A DNA stretch of 64,000 nt, taken from assembly GCA_025453395.1 (NCBI GenBank), contig JALOQK010000005.1:12684-76683 (forward strand), written 5' to 3'. Both the position numbers and the translations under genes were made by a program. The notes under the pieces are model-generated. The model did not search any database, had not been told where the DNA came from, and saw only the letters and a list, made by a program, of their open reading frames with translations. This DNA comes from Candidatus Omnitrophota bacterium (GTDB lineage: Bacteria; Omnitrophota; Gorgyraeia; Gygaellales; Profunditerraquicolaceae). Numbering within the stretch: the first letter of the stretch is position 1; each line of letters starts with the position of its first letter. This document shows, one piece after another, positions 16,485 to 26,275 of this stretch.

Positions 16485-18481
16485 AGAAAATTTTATTTAT
16501 AAGTTTAAGCAATATCGGAGATGTGGTTTTAACACTTCCGGTTTTGGATGTCCTGCGCCATAATTTTCCAAGTGCCAAGATTACCGCTATCTGCTCGCCT
16601 CGTCCGGGAGAGATTTTATCGAAAAGCCCCGCGGTAGATGAATTTATTCCCTATAATAAGCATGCCAAGTTAAAAGAAAAGATAAAATTATTTTTTACCT
16701 TAAGCCGGGCGCGTTTTGATCTTGTCGTAGACTTAAGAAACAGCGTCTTTGGATTATTCTTGCCGGCGCGCTACAGCGTGTCGCCTTTTTTAACGCTTTT
16801 TGCCAGTAAAAATCTGCACCGCAGGGAAAAGCATCTTGGGCTTTTGAAGAAATTAATGCCGCAGTTGGATTATAACGCGCCAGCCTGTTCTATGCCTTTG
16901 GCTAAGGCATCTTCAGAGGATAAGGTGATTGTTATCTGCCCGGGAGCACGAAGCCATATTAAGCGTTGGAGTGAAGATAAATTTAGCGTTCTTATCGGGG
17001 ATTTAGCCAAAGAATTTAAGATGCGCATTGTTTTAGTCGGAGATAAGCAGGATATCCCGATAGGCGAGAAGATTGTTTCTTGCTGTAAATGCGAGATCAC
17101 TAATCTTATCGGGAAAACCGATTTTAATCAATTGGCATCTTTAATGCGTCAAGCCGCTTTTGTAATTACTAATGACAGCGCTTGTTTGCATTTTGCAAGT
17201 TATTTAGACGCTCCTACAGTAGCAATCTTCGGGCCGACCGATGAAAATAAATACGGGGCATGGTCAAGTTTATCAAGAACAGTTAAAAAAGATGTTTTCT
17301 GCCGGCCCTGTGAAAAAGCGCAGTGTCAATTCGGCACGATACAATGCATGAAAATAATCCAGCCGGAAGACGTGTTAAGGCAGGTCAGGGAAATCTTGAA
17401 TTCAGAATTCAGAATTCAGAATTCTGAACAAACGCAACAACGATGCCAATACAAAAGAATATTGGTTTGCAGGACGGATAGGATTGGGGATGTTTTGCTT
17501 TCTACGCCAGTAATCATGAATTTACGAGCTGCGTTTGCGCAAAGTTATATCGCGATGTTAGCCTGCGAGCCGCTTAAGCAGGTATTAGAGCTTAATCCGT
17601 GTCTTGATGAAGTGATTATTTATGACAAAGATAAAAAGCATAAAGATTTCAAAGGCACCCGGGAACTTGCTAAGCAGTTGCGCCAAAAGAATTTTGATTT
17701 GGCAATCGTGCTGCATCCGGTAAACCGCGTGCATATAGCGCTTTTCTTGGCAGGGATCAAAAAACGTTTAGGCTATAATCGCAAGTTGGGATTTTTGTTG
17801 ACGGATAAATTAAAACATACTAAGCAATTAGGCGAAAAACACGAGCTGGAATACAATCTTGATCTGTTGCGTTATCTGGGGATGGAAGATTTAGATAAAA
17901 AGCTTTTTATGCCCTTGTCAGAAGAGTCAGAGGCAAAAATAGAGCGGTTGATTGTTAACGAAGGTATATACAAAGGCGAAAGATATATTGTGGTTCATCC
18001 CGGAGCAAGCTGTCCTTCTAAGATATGGCCAGTAGAGAATTTTGCTTCTGTAGCAGAAGAATTAGCCGCCAAACATAAATTTAAAGTAGTGATTGTTTCC
18101 GGAGAAAAAGACGCTTCTTTAGGAAGAGAAATAAAAGATATGATGCAGTTAAGAGCGATTAATCTCTGCGGCAGGCTTAATCTTCTGGAATTGGCAAGTT
18201 TATTAAAAAGAGCAAGCCTGTTTATCTCTAATGATTCCGGCCCGGTGCATATTGCCTGCGCGGTTGGCACGCCGGTAATTTCTATTTTTGGCAGGAATCA
18301 GCCTGGCCTGGGCCCCAAACGCTGGGGACCCTTGGGAGAAAAAAACGCCTATCTGCATAATCCTCCTGATGATTGTGCTGTTTGCCTGGCGCATAACTGC
18401 AAGAAAGGCTTTGCCTGCTTAAAGGCGATTACTGTAAGAGATGTTGTAGCTTTGGCAGAGAAGCTGATAAATTTGCAATAA
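16466..18481 (+). CDS. Tandem fusion of two GT9 heptosyltransferase-like domains
   Basis: Domain 1 KKILFISLSNIGDVVLTLP...FVITNDSACLHFASYL. Domain 2 KRILVCRTDRIGDVLLSTP...FISNDSGPVHIACAVG. Linker encoded by the GAATTCA repeat. Confidence 0.8.
   Translation: MQKDTIKKILFISLSNIGDVVLTLPVLDVLRHNFPSAKITAICSPRPGEILSKSPAVDEFIPYNKHAKLKEKIKLFFTLSRARFDLVVDLRNSVFGLFLPARYSVSPFLTLFASKNLHRREKHLGLLKKLMPQLDYNAPACSMPLAKASSEDKVIVICPGARSHIKRWSEDKFSVLIGDLAKEFKMRIVLVGDKQDIPIGEKIVSCCKCEITNLIGKTDFNQLASLMRQAAFVITNDSACLHFASYLDAPTVAIFGPTDENKYGAWSSLSRTVKKDVFCRPCEKAQCQFGTIQCMKIIQPEDVLRQVREILNSEFRIQNSEQTQQRCQYKRILVCRTDRIGDVLLSTPVIMNLRAAFAQSYIAMLACEPLKQVLELNPCLDEVIIYDKDKKHKDFKGTRELAKQLRQKNFDLAIVLHPVNRVHIALFLAGIKKRLGYNRKLGFLLTDKLKHTKQLGEKHELEYNLDLLRYLGMEDLDKKLFMPLSEESEAKIERLIVNEGIYKGERYIVVHPGASCPSKIWPVENFASVAEELAAKHKFKVVIVSGEKDASLGREIKDMMQLRAINLCGRLNLLELASLLKRASLFISNDSGPVHIACAVGTPVISIFGRNQPGLGPKRWGPLGEKNAYLHNPPDDCAVCLAHNCKKGFACLKAITVRDVVALAEKLINLQ
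17396..17432 (+). repeat. (GAATTCA)n tandem repeat with stacked EcoRI sites, in-frame in the GT9-GT9 linker
   Basis: cttgaattcagaattcagaattcagaattctgaaca encodes LNSEFRIQNSEQ. Confidence 0.8.
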
Positions 18482-18557
18482 GGGCTATTTTTTGTTTTAC
18501 GCCTTCTAGTATTTGTGTTACAATTATAGGTCGCCATAATAATATAATACAAATAAG

Positions 18558-19586
18558 ATGAATATTTCTACCTTAAATAAGATTATTTCCAGATTCCCTA
18601 AGGCCAATATCCTGGTTGTCGGGGATTTGATCCTTGACCAGTATATCTGGGGAAATGTGGACAGGGTTTCTCCAGAGGCTCCGGTCCCGATAGTCTGGGC
18701 GAACAAGCGCAATTATGTCCCCGGAGGCGCGGCCAATGTGGCTAATAACGTGCGCGCTTTGGAGGGGAAAGTTTCCTTGCTTGGGGTTGTGGGAAGCGAT
18801 TTGCAGGCCAAAACGCTTATTTCCAAGCTAAAAGAAAGAAACATTAATACAAGAGGTATTTTTATTGAAGATGGCAGGCGCACTATTTTAAAGACCCGGA
18901 TCATTGCCGGGCATCAGCAGGTGGTGCGCGTGGATTGGGAAGATGCGCATAATATCAAGGTGAAGACGCGCGATAAATTGCAGGCCTTCATTCAGAAAAA
19001 TATCAAGGATTTTGACGCGGTTATCATTGAAGATTATGGCAAGGGGTTGTTGGATCCCTTTCTTTTGCGGCTTATCACGCAAGAAGCGCGTAAAAATAAA
19101 AAGATCGTGACCGTTGACCCCAAAGAAGACAATTTTGAATATTATAAAGGGGCTACTTGTATCACTCCCAACAGAAAAGAAACCCAGAACGCGGTCAGGT
19201 ATCTTAAGATCAAAGATCAGGAAAATAAATTTAAAGTTTATAACGATAAGCTTGCTACCCATGGGGATATTGACCAGGCCGCGAGAATGATCCTGCAATA
19301 TCTTAACCTTGAATCGCTGTTAGTTACTTTGGGCGAGGACGGGATGTTTTTATTTGAAAAAGGGAAATCCCGAAAACATATACCAACGGTAGCCCAAGAA
19401 GTTTTTGATGTTTCAGGCGCCGGGGACACGGTAATTGGAACTTTTACTTTGTCTCTTGCTTGCGGGGCGAATAAAGAAGAAGCCGCCTATATTTCTAATT
19501 TCGCCGCCGGCATTGTGGTTGGGAAATTAGGCACAGCGGTAACAAATAGAAAAGAATTAACAAAAAAAATATTGAAACATGAATAG
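18558..19586 (+). CDS. hldA: D-glycero-beta-D-manno-heptose-7-phosphate kinase (HldE domain I / RfaE1-type pfkB sugar kinase)
   Basis: ILVVGDLILDQYIWGNVDRVSPEAPVPIV and C-terminal DVSGAGDTV pfkB motif. No adenylyltransferase domain attached. Confidence 0.8.
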   Translation: MNISTLNKIISRFPKANILVVGDLILDQYIWGNVDRVSPEAPVPIVWANKRNYVPGGAANVANNVRALEGKVSLLGVVGSDLQAKTLISKLKERNINTRGIFIEDGRRTILKTRIIAGHQQVVRVDWEDAHNIKVKTRDKLQAFIQKNIKDFDAVIIEDYGKGLLDPFLLRLITQEARKNKKIVTVDPKEDNFEYYKGATCITPNRKETQNAVRYLKIKDQENKFKVYNDKLATHGDIDQAARMILQYLNLESLLVTLGEDGMFLFEKGKSRKHIPTVAQEVFDVSGAGDTVIGTFTLSLACGANKEEAAYISNFAAGIVVGKLGTAVTNRKELTKKILKHE

Positions 19587-19590
19587 TTTT

Positions 19591-19722
19591 TCAATAATCA
19601 ATAACCAAACTTGTTTGGGTAATTGGTTATTGATTATTGGGTATTATTTGGTGTTTGGAATTTGATGTTTGGTTATTTACAATTATCGGTGTTTGGTTAT
19701 TGTGATTTGATGTTTGGTTATT
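19591..19722 (+). repeat. Family A palindromic element
   Basis: tcaataatcaataaccaaac ttg tttgggtaattggttattga, plus further tttggttatt units up to the kdsB RBS. Confidence 0.8.
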
Positions 19723-19751
19723 AATCTTCTATAAGAGGAAGTGAGAATACA

Positions 19752-20492
19752 ATGGATGTTGTAGGAGTGATCCCGGCGAGGTTTTCTTCCACGCGTTTAG
19801 AGGGCAAGGTATTAGCGGATATAAACGGCAAGCCGATGCTGCAGTATGTCTGGGAGCGCGCCAAACAGGCCAAGATATTGGATGATCTTATTATTGCCTG
19901 CGATGATGAAAAGATCCTTATTGCCGCGGAGAGTTTTGGCGCCAAGGCAGTAATGACCTCCAAAGACCACGCAAGCGGCTCTGACAGGATTTGCGAAGTA
20001 ATAAATTTCTTAGACGTAAAAATCGTGATAAACATTCAGGGTGATGAACCGATGATCCACCCGATGATGATAGAAACAGTGGCGCGCACTTTGTTAGAGA
20101 ATAAAAATGTCTCTATGGCAACTCTGAAGAAGAAAATTGAGGATCCCGAAGAAATAAATGACCCTCATGTAGTAAAAGTGGTCACTGACAAGAATGATTT
20201 TGCTTTATATTTCTCCAGAAGCCCTATACCGTTTCATGCTGCCAGCTCTAAGATCAAGGAGCCGTTTTATTACAAGCATATCGGGCTTTACGGTTATACC
20301 AAGGATTTTCTTTTTACCTATAAGAATCTTCCGGTGTCAAATTTGGAGGCCATTGAAAAGCTTGAGCAATTAAGGGTGCTTGAAGAAGGCATCAAGATCA
20401 AAGTCCTTGAGACAAAGTTTGAGACTATCGGGGTGGACACGCAAGAGGATTTGGAGAAAGTAAAGCATTACTTAAATGAGCAAAAGAACTAA
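19752..20492 (+). CDS. kdsB: 3-deoxy-manno-octulosonate cytidylyltransferase
   Basis: VIPARFSSTRLEGKVLADINGKPML signature. Confidence 0.9.
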   Translation: MDVVGVIPARFSSTRLEGKVLADINGKPMLQYVWERAKQAKILDDLIIACDDEKILIAAESFGAKAVMTSKDHASGSDRICEVINFLDVKIVINIQGDEPMIHPMMIETVARTLLENKNVSMATLKKKIEDPEEINDPHVVKVVTDKNDFALYFSRSPIPFHAASSKIKEPFYYKHIGLYGYTKDFLFTYKNLPVSNLEAIEKLEQLRVLEEGIKIKVLETKFETIGVDTQEDLEKVKHYLNEQKN

Positions 20493-20494
20493 TG

Positions 20495-20578
20495 AAAAAT
20501 CCCAAATCCAAATAAATCTTCCGGATTTGGAAATTGGGATTTAATTGGTAGTATTGGGATCTTGACATTGGGATTTTT
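20495..20578 (+). repeat. Family A variant palindrome (CCCAAATCCAAA / TTTGGAAATTGGG)
   Basis: aatcccaaatccaaat ... atttggaaattgggatt. Confidence 0.7.
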
Positions 20579-20595
20579 ACTATGGGGGTAAACTG

Positions 20596-21405
20596 ATGCG
20601 GCAGATAAAAGTAGGTAATATTAATATTGGCAGCGGAAAAATGGTCTTAATCGCGGGGCCATGTGTCATTGAATCCGCGAAACTGTGCCTTGATACCGCC
20701 AAAAGGATAAAGGATATTACCGCTAAATATAATGTCCCTTATATTTTCAAATCCAGCTACGACAAAGCCAACCGCATGTCGGTGGATTCTTTTAGGGGGC
20801 CGGGGATAGATAAAGGCTTGGAGGTTCTTGCGCAGGTAAAAAGTAAATTAAAGATTCCGGTTTTAAGCGATGTGCATTGCGTCAAGGACATGCAAAAAGC
20901 CTCAAGAGTGCTTGATATTATTCAGATACCGGCGTTTTTATGCCGTCAGACCGATATGGTTGTGGCGGCCGCTTCTACCGGAAAAATAGTCAATATTAAA
21001 AAGGGGCAGTTTCTCGCTCCCTGGGATATCGCGGCAATAATCAAGAAAGCCGAGTCAACTGGCAATAAAAAGATTATTTTAACCGAAAGAGGCGTTTGTT
21101 TCGGCTATAACAATTTAGTGATGGATTTTAGAAGTTTAAAAGTCATGCGCGATTTAGGGTATCCGGTGATTTATGACGCTACTCACAGTATTCAGCTTCC
21201 CGCGGGGAAAGGCACTTGTTCTGGGGGAGAGCGGGAATTTGTCCCCGGGCTTTGCCGCGCGGCAGTCGCCTTTGGCTGCGATGGGCTCTTCCTGGAAGTG
21301 CATCCTAACCCGGATAAGGCTTTGTGTGACGCTTCAAGCATGATTAGCCTGCAAAATTTAGAATTCATACTTAAACAAACAAGAAAAATAGAAAAGGCAT
21401 TATGA
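20596..21405 (+). CDS. kdsA: 2-dehydro-3-deoxyphosphooctonate aldolase (Kdo-8-P synthase)
   Basis: MVLIAGPCVIES and DAK-type TIM barrel. Confidence 0.9.
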   Translation: MRQIKVGNINIGSGKMVLIAGPCVIESAKLCLDTAKRIKDITAKYNVPYIFKSSYDKANRMSVDSFRGPGIDKGLEVLAQVKSKLKIPVLSDVHCVKDMQKASRVLDIIQIPAFLCRQTDMVVAAASTGKIVNIKKGQFLAPWDIAAIIKKAESTGNKKIILTERGVCFGYNNLVMDFRSLKVMRDLGYPVIYDATHSIQLPAGKGTCSGGEREFVPGLCRAAVAFGCDGLFLEVHPNPDKALCDASSMISLQNLEFILKQTRKIEKAL

Positions 21406-22373
21406 TGATTGCAAATAAAATTAAACGCGCCAAAGAAGTTTTGGATATTGAGGCTAAGGCTATTCTTGCTTTAAGGCCGCAGGTAAATAAAAGTTTTCAA
21501 AAGGCGCTGGATATATTATTTAAGACAAGAGGCAGAGTAGTAGTAAGCGGCATGGGAAAAACCGGCATTATCGCCCAGAAATTCTCCGCTACTTTAGCCT
21601 CTACCGGGACCCCGAGTTTATTTTTGCACCTGGCTGAGGCCTCGCACGGTGATTTGGGGAAGGTGGCAAGTTTTGATACCATAGTAATTATTTCTTACAG
21701 CGGGCAGAGCAGTGAAATAAAACAGCTTTTGCCTTTATTAAAGAAGATTGGGGTTAAGATAATCGCTGTTACCGGAAATATAAAATCAGACCTGGCAAAA
21801 TACAGTGACGTGGTTTTGGATGTTTTTGTCAAGAAAGAGGCCTGTCCTTTAGGGTTGGCTCCTACCGCTTCTACAACCGCGACTTTAGCCATGACTGATG
21901 CCTTGGCAGTTTGTTTATTGGAGCTAAGAGGTTTTAAGGCCAAAGATTTTGCTTTTTATCATCCGGGAGGATCTTTAGGCAGAAGGCTATTATTGAAAGT
22001 GGCGGATCTTATGCGCACAGGAAAAAATAATCCGGTTGTGGATGGTAATGAGAAAGTCGCCCGGGTTTTAGTGAAGATAACCCAATCCCGCGCAGGAAGC
22101 GCTTCGGTTGTGGGGAAAAATGGCAGGCTGATCGGTATTTTTACTGATGGAGACCTGCGCCGGCACCTTGAAACCGATTCAGACCTTTCAAGCCGTAAAG
22201 TCAAAGAGGTTATGACCGCTAATCCCAAGACAGTCCCCCAAGAAATGCTTGTGGCCGAAGCCATGCGCATTATTGAAGAAAAGAAGATTGATGAGCTGCC
22301 GGTTGTAGACAAACACGGCAAGCCGATCGGGCTTTTAGATGTTCAGGATATTATAAAAGCCGGCATGGTTTGA
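21402..22373 (+). CDS. kdsD: Arabinose-5-phosphate isomerase (SIS plus tandem CBS)
   Basis: GRVVVSGMGKTGIIAQKFSATLASTGTPSLFLHLAEASHGDLG. Confidence 0.85.
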   Translation: MMIANKIKRAKEVLDIEAKAILALRPQVNKSFQKALDILFKTRGRVVVSGMGKTGIIAQKFSATLASTGTPSLFLHLAEASHGDLGKVASFDTIVIISYSGQSSEIKQLLPLLKKIGVKIIAVTGNIKSDLAKYSDVVLDVFVKKEACPLGLAPTASTTATLAMTDALAVCLLELRGFKAKDFAFYHPGGSLGRRLLLKVADLMRTGKNNPVVDGNEKVARVLVKITQSRAGSASVVGKNGRLIGIFTDGDLRRHLETDSDLSSRKVKEVMTANPKTVPQEMLVAEAMRIIEEKKIDELPVVDKHGKPIGLLDVQDIIKAGMV

Positions 22374-22431
22374 TCAAAGGTAAAAACCGCTTGCTTTTAA
22401 TTATCGGTGTGGTAAAATTCAGAGGTTTCAA

Positions 22432-22959
22432 ATGGAAGAATTCATTGTTAAAAAGGCAAGCAAGGTAAAGTTTCTTCTTTTGGATGTGGACGGAGTTCTT
22501 ACTGACGGCCGGATCATTTATGATTCAAAGGGCAGGGATTCTAAGTTCTTTGATGTGCATGACGGGCTTGGGGCGTATTGTTTGAACAGGTTAGGCATCA
22601 AGGTCATCCTTGTTTCTGCCAAGGCCTCGCGCACTATTCTTCACCGCGCCAAAGACATGCAGGCAACAGAGGTTTTTGCCGGGACAGTCCCTAAGACAAA
22701 AGTTTTGGATAAAGTTTTAAAGAAATATGACGTTTGCGCTGAAGAAATCTGTTTTGTCGGCGATGATCTGGTGGATTTAGGGGTTATGAAGAAAGTCGGC
22801 TTTCCGGTTGCTGTTGCCAATGCCTGCCAGGAAATAAAAGATGTGGCTGTTTTTGTGACCAGTAAAAAAGGCGGCAGAGGCGCGGTCAGAGAAATAGCGG
22901 AACTTATCTTAAAATCTCAAGGTAAGTGGGAAGAAATCCTTAAAATATATGACAAATAA
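22432..22959 (+). CDS. kdsC: Kdo-8-phosphate phosphatase (HAD)
   Basis: LLLDVDGVLTDGRIIYD and GDDLVDL HAD motifs. Confidence 0.85.
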   Translation: MEEFIVKKASKVKFLLLDVDGVLTDGRIIYDSKGRDSKFFDVHDGLGAYCLNRLGIKVILVSAKASRTILHRAKDMQATEVFAGTVPKTKVLDKVLKKYDVCAEEICFVGDDLVDLGVMKKVGFPVAVANACQEIKDVAVFVTSKKGGRGAVREIAELILKSQGKWEEILKIYDK

Positions 22960-23875
22960 TAAGCATTACTGGAGAATAATCTGTGTTTTAAGTTTTCAGC
23001 TTTCAGCTATCAGCTTTCAGCTATCAGCTTCTTTTGCCCAAAGTCAGAATAGTTCTGGCCAGCAGATCGGGGATTTTTCTTTATCCGGTTACGGCGATCA
23101 AGGCAAGAAAACATGGGAGATTTCCGGTAAATCCGCAGACCTATTGGAAAACGAAGTTGCGCTTCAGGATGTTAAGGGCAATCTTTACGGCGAAGAAGAT
23201 AATATCACTATTACTTCCAAAGAGGGAAATTTCGATAAGAAAGAGGGCAAGGTAAAGCTGGAAAAGGATGTGGTGATTACTACTGGCTCCGGAGCGAAAT
23301 TAACCACGGATTCCCTGGAGTGGGACAGAAAAAAACAGCTTGTTTCTACCGAAGATAAAGTCAATATAGAGCGTGACGGGATCATGGCTACCGCTATGGG
23401 TGCCAGTGGCCAGCCGAATTTAAATACAGTTAATCTGAATAAAGATGTGACCGTGAAATTGGACCAGTCTACAGGTTCAGGCAAGGCCGGACAGGTGGTT
23501 GTGAATTGTGATGGCCCTTTAGAGATAAACTATGAAAAGAACGTCGCGGTCTTTGAAAATAAGGTCCATGTCATAAGAGATGATACCCAGATATACTGCG
23601 ATAAGATGGAGATATATTTCTTGAAATCATCATCTGATAAAGCCGCTGTTCAAGTCAAATCCGATGAGCCTGCTCCCGAGGATGCGATGATGGTGAATAA
23701 TTCTAAAATAGACAGTTTAATCTGTAAGGGCAATGTGCGCATTGTGCGCGGAGAAAATGTTTCTTACAGCGATCAGGCTGTTTACAACGCGAGAGATAAA
23801 AAGATCGTTTTAATCGGCAGGCCCCAATTGGTGCTTTCTTCTACTGATGATTTAAGTATGCCTTCTGGAAAATAA
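22949..23875 (+). CDS. OstA-like LPS transport protein (LptC and LptA-like halves in one 308-aa ORF)
   Basis: Signal peptide, then two beta-jellyroll-like segments. Directly upstream of lptB. The signal peptide is partly encoded by the family B heptamer repeat (FQLSAISFQLSA). Confidence 0.6.
   Translation: MTNNKHYWRIICVLSFQLSAISFQLSASFAQSQNSSGQQIGDFSLSGYGDQGKKTWEISGKSADLLENEVALQDVKGNLYGEEDNITITSKEGNFDKKEGKVKLEKDVVITTGSGAKLTTDSLEWDRKKQLVSTEDKVNIERDGIMATAMGASGQPNLNTVNLNKDVTVKLDQSTGSGKAGQVVVNCDGPLEINYEKNVAVFENKVHVIRDDTQIYCDKMEIYFLKSSSDKAAVQVKSDEPAPEDAMMVNNSKIDSLICKGNVRIVRGENVSYSDQAVYNARDKKIVLIGRPQLVLSSTDDLSMPSGK
22996..23029 (+). repeat. Family B heptamer repeat inside coding sequence (signal peptide of lptC/A-like gene)
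   Basis: cagctttcagctatcagctttcagctatcagctt. Confidence 0.8.
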
Positions 23876-23886
23876 GGAGTTTTATC

Positions 23887-24609
23887 GTGCGCCTTCTTGA
23901 GGTAAAAGGTTTAAGCAAGTCCTATGACGCAAGAGAAGTAGTCAAGGGCGTAGACTTGGTAGTCAAGCGCGGAGAGATAGTCGGGCTTTTGGGCCCCAAT
24001 GGCGCCGGGAAGACCACTACTTTTTATATGGTGGTGGGCATTATCAATCCGGACAAGGGCAAGATCATCTTTGATAATTATGATATTACCTCTCTTCCCA
24101 TACACGTGCGTTCACATTATGGCATAGCGTATCTGGCTCAAGAGGCTTCCATATTCCGCAAGCTGACCGTGGAAGATAATATTATGGCTATTTTAGAGAC
24201 CCTGCCTTTGAGCAGGCAGGACAGAAGAAACAGGCTTAACAGATTATTGGATGAATTAAATATCGCCCATTTGCGCAAAAGCAAGGCTTTTACATTATCC
24301 GGAGGCGAGAGAAGAAGGCTTGAGATCACAAGGGCGCTTGTCACTAACCCATCGTTTATTCTTTTGGATGAGCCTTTTTCCGGCATAGACCCGATAGTGG
24401 TCAATGAGGCGCAGGGCATTATAAGAGAGTTAAGAGACATGGGATTAGGGATCCTTCTTACGGATCATAACGTGCGCGAGACGCTTTCTATTACCGACCG
24501 CGCGTATTTGATTGCCGAGGGGAAAATTCTTATTTCTGGATCAGCCAGCGAGTTGATCAACAACCCCCAAGCGCGTCAGATCTATTTAGGCGAGAAATTC
24601 AGGATGTAA
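23887..24609 (+). CDS. lptB: LPS export ABC transporter ATPase
   Basis: GLLGPNGAGKTTTFYM Walker A, LSGGERRRLEI signature. GTG start with AAGGAG RBS. Confidence 0.9.
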   Translation: MRLLEVKGLSKSYDAREVVKGVDLVVKRGEIVGLLGPNGAGKTTTFYMVVGIINPDKGKIIFDNYDITSLPIHVRSHYGIAYLAQEASIFRKLTVEDNIMAILETLPLSRQDRRNRLNRLLDELNIAHLRKSKAFTLSGGERRRLEITRALVTNPSFILLDEPFSGIDPIVVNEAQGIIRELRDMGLGILLTDHNVRETLSITDRAYLIAEGKILISGSASELINNPQARQIYLGEKFRM

Positions 24610-24647
24610 GAATTAAAAACAAAAAAGAAAGGTTGAGTGTATTGGAA

Positions 24648-25520
24648 ATGAATACGGAAGTTAAGAAGATGCAGGATAACAAAGTTGAAATAGGCATTAA
24701 AGTAACCGGTGAAGTTGTTAAAAATAAGTTTGAGGATGTGTTTAAGAAGATCGGGCAGGAAGCCAAGGTCCCCGGTTTTAGGCAGGGGCATGTGCCGCGT
24801 GATATGTTAGAAAAGGATTTCTCCGCTTATGCTCATCAGCAGGTGATTCAGGAGCTTATACCAGAGCTTTATGACCAGGCGGTAGAAAAAGAATCTATCG
24901 CGGTTGTGGATCTGCCGCAGATAAGCGAAGTTAATCTGGACAGAGAAAATATTTCTTTTAAGGCTGTTGTTGAAGTGGTGCCGGAAATAAAATTAAATAA
25001 ATACAAGGGGTTATCCGTAAAATACCCCGCGATAGAAGTAACCGCAGATGAGTTAAAACGCCAGATAGATTCGCTAAAAGAGCAGCGTAAGGCAGATGTT
25101 GTGGATGACGATTTTGCCAAAGGCTTATGTTATCCTGACCTTAAGGCGTTAGAGAAAGCCCTCGAGAGGCAGATTTTTGTCAATAAAGAAAACCAGCAGC
25201 GCCAAAAAATAGAGGCCCAGGTCATAGAGGATATTACCAAGCAGCTTGATTTTAAGGTCCCGCAGGTGATGATAGACCGCCAGCTGGAGGAAATGTTGAA
25301 GCAGGCCAAAGTGGATTTAGCGCTTCGGGGCATGCCTAAAGACCAGATTAATTCCCATGAAAAAGAAATGATTGAATCTTTAAAGCCAAAGGCTGCGGAA
25401 GAAGTGAAGAATTATCTGGTTTTATCTGCGATAGCAAAGGAAGAAAAGATTGACCCTAAGCAACACATGCCGCAGAAAGTGATGGAGTTTTTGTTTAAAA
25501 ACGCGCAGTGGAGCAACTAA
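24648..25520 (+). CDS. tig: Trigger factor, short form lacking the FKBP-type PPIase domain
   Basis: N-domain PGFRQGHVPRDMLEKDFSA and FKAVVEVVPEIKL align to TF. Linker ELKRQIDSLKEQRK runs straight into the C-terminal arm domain. Immediately upstream of clpP. Confidence 0.75.
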   Translation: MNTEVKKMQDNKVEIGIKVTGEVVKNKFEDVFKKIGQEAKVPGFRQGHVPRDMLEKDFSAYAHQQVIQELIPELYDQAVEKESIAVVDLPQISEVNLDRENISFKAVVEVVPEIKLNKYKGLSVKYPAIEVTADELKRQIDSLKEQRKADVVDDDFAKGLCYPDLKALEKALERQIFVNKENQQRQKIEAQVIEDITKQLDFKVPQVMIDRQLEEMLKQAKVDLALRGMPKDQINSHEKEMIESLKPKAAEEVKNYLVLSAIAKEEKIDPKQHMPQKVMEFLFKNAQWSN

Positions 25521-25534
25521 TATAGGAGGCCATT

Positions 25535-26137
25535 ATGAGTCAGAATCAAGTGTTAGTTCCCATGGTCATAGAGCAGACTGCTCGCGGCTATGAGAGAGCC
25601 TATGATATTTACTCCCGTCTTTTAAAAGACCGTGTTCTTTTTATTGGAACGCCCATTGATGATACCGTGGCAAATTTAATTATCGCCCAGATGCTTTTCT
25701 TGCAGATGGAAGATTCTTCAAAGGATATAAATATTTACGTTAATTCTCCCGGAGGATCGGTCACCGCAGGGCTTGCCATCTATGATACTATGCGTTTTGT
25801 CAAGTGCGATGTGGCTACTTATTGCGTGGGGCAAGCTGCCAGTATGGGGGCGCTTCTTTTGGCTGCGGGCACAAAGGGTAAGCGTTTTTCTCTGCCGCAT
25901 TCAAGGGTAATGATCCATCAGCCTTGGGGAGGCGTGCAAGGTGCCGCAAGCGATATTTCTATCCACGCTAAAGAAATTCTGCATATGCGCGAGAAAATAA
26001 ATCAGATTTTAAGTTTCCATACTTCGCAGCCGCTTGAAAAGATAGAAAAAGATACTGACCGCGATTATTTTATGTCCGCAGAAGAAGCTAAAAACTACGG
26101 TTTAGTGGATGAGGTTATTGTAAGCAATAAGAAATAG
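25535..26137 (+). CDS. clpP: ATP-dependent Clp protease proteolytic subunit
   Basis: [14 protein letters not shown] Ser site and HQPWGG His region. Confidence 0.95.
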   Translation: MSQNQVLVPMVIEQTARGYERAYDIYSRLLKDRVLFIGTPIDDTVANLIIAQMLFLQMEDSSKDINIYVNSPGGSVTAGLAIYDTMRFVKCDVATYCVGQAASMGALLLAAGTKGKRFSLPHSRVMIHQPWGGVQGAASDISIHAKEILHMREKINQILSFHTSQPLEKIEKDTDRDYFMSAEEAKNYGLVDEVIVSNKK

Positions 26138-26149
26138 GATTAGTAGTGG

Positions 26150-26268
26150 GGTATGAGTAATGAGTATGGGGTGAGGGTGTGGATGGAAAGAATATTTTTC
26201 CTCACAACGCAGCCTCATTCTAAACTCACATCCCACAACCCAAAACCCACCCATATTTCTTAAGGAGG
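26150..26268 (+). repeat. Family D G/T-rich palindromic element (GTGGGATGTGAG-type)
   Basis: gagtatggggtgagggtgtggatgg ... ctcacatcccacaacccaaaacccaccc. Related tgagatgtgggatgtgag at 54170-54200. Confidence 0.7.
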
Positions 26269-26275
26269 TATTTTT

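Noticed and set aside
23034-23255. 73-aa + strand ORF in an alternative frame inside the lptC/A-like gene. Also 53542-53742, 55289-55489, 55712-55960, 56078-56272, 52697-52927, 49465-49656, 45964-46206 and 28647-28853.
   Set aside because: Out-of-frame ORFs nested in well-supported genes on the same strand, with basic low-complexity translations.
24633-24647. TTG start at 24633 for tig.
   Set aside because: It has no spacing to the upstream purine-rich stretch. ATG at 24648 is better placed.
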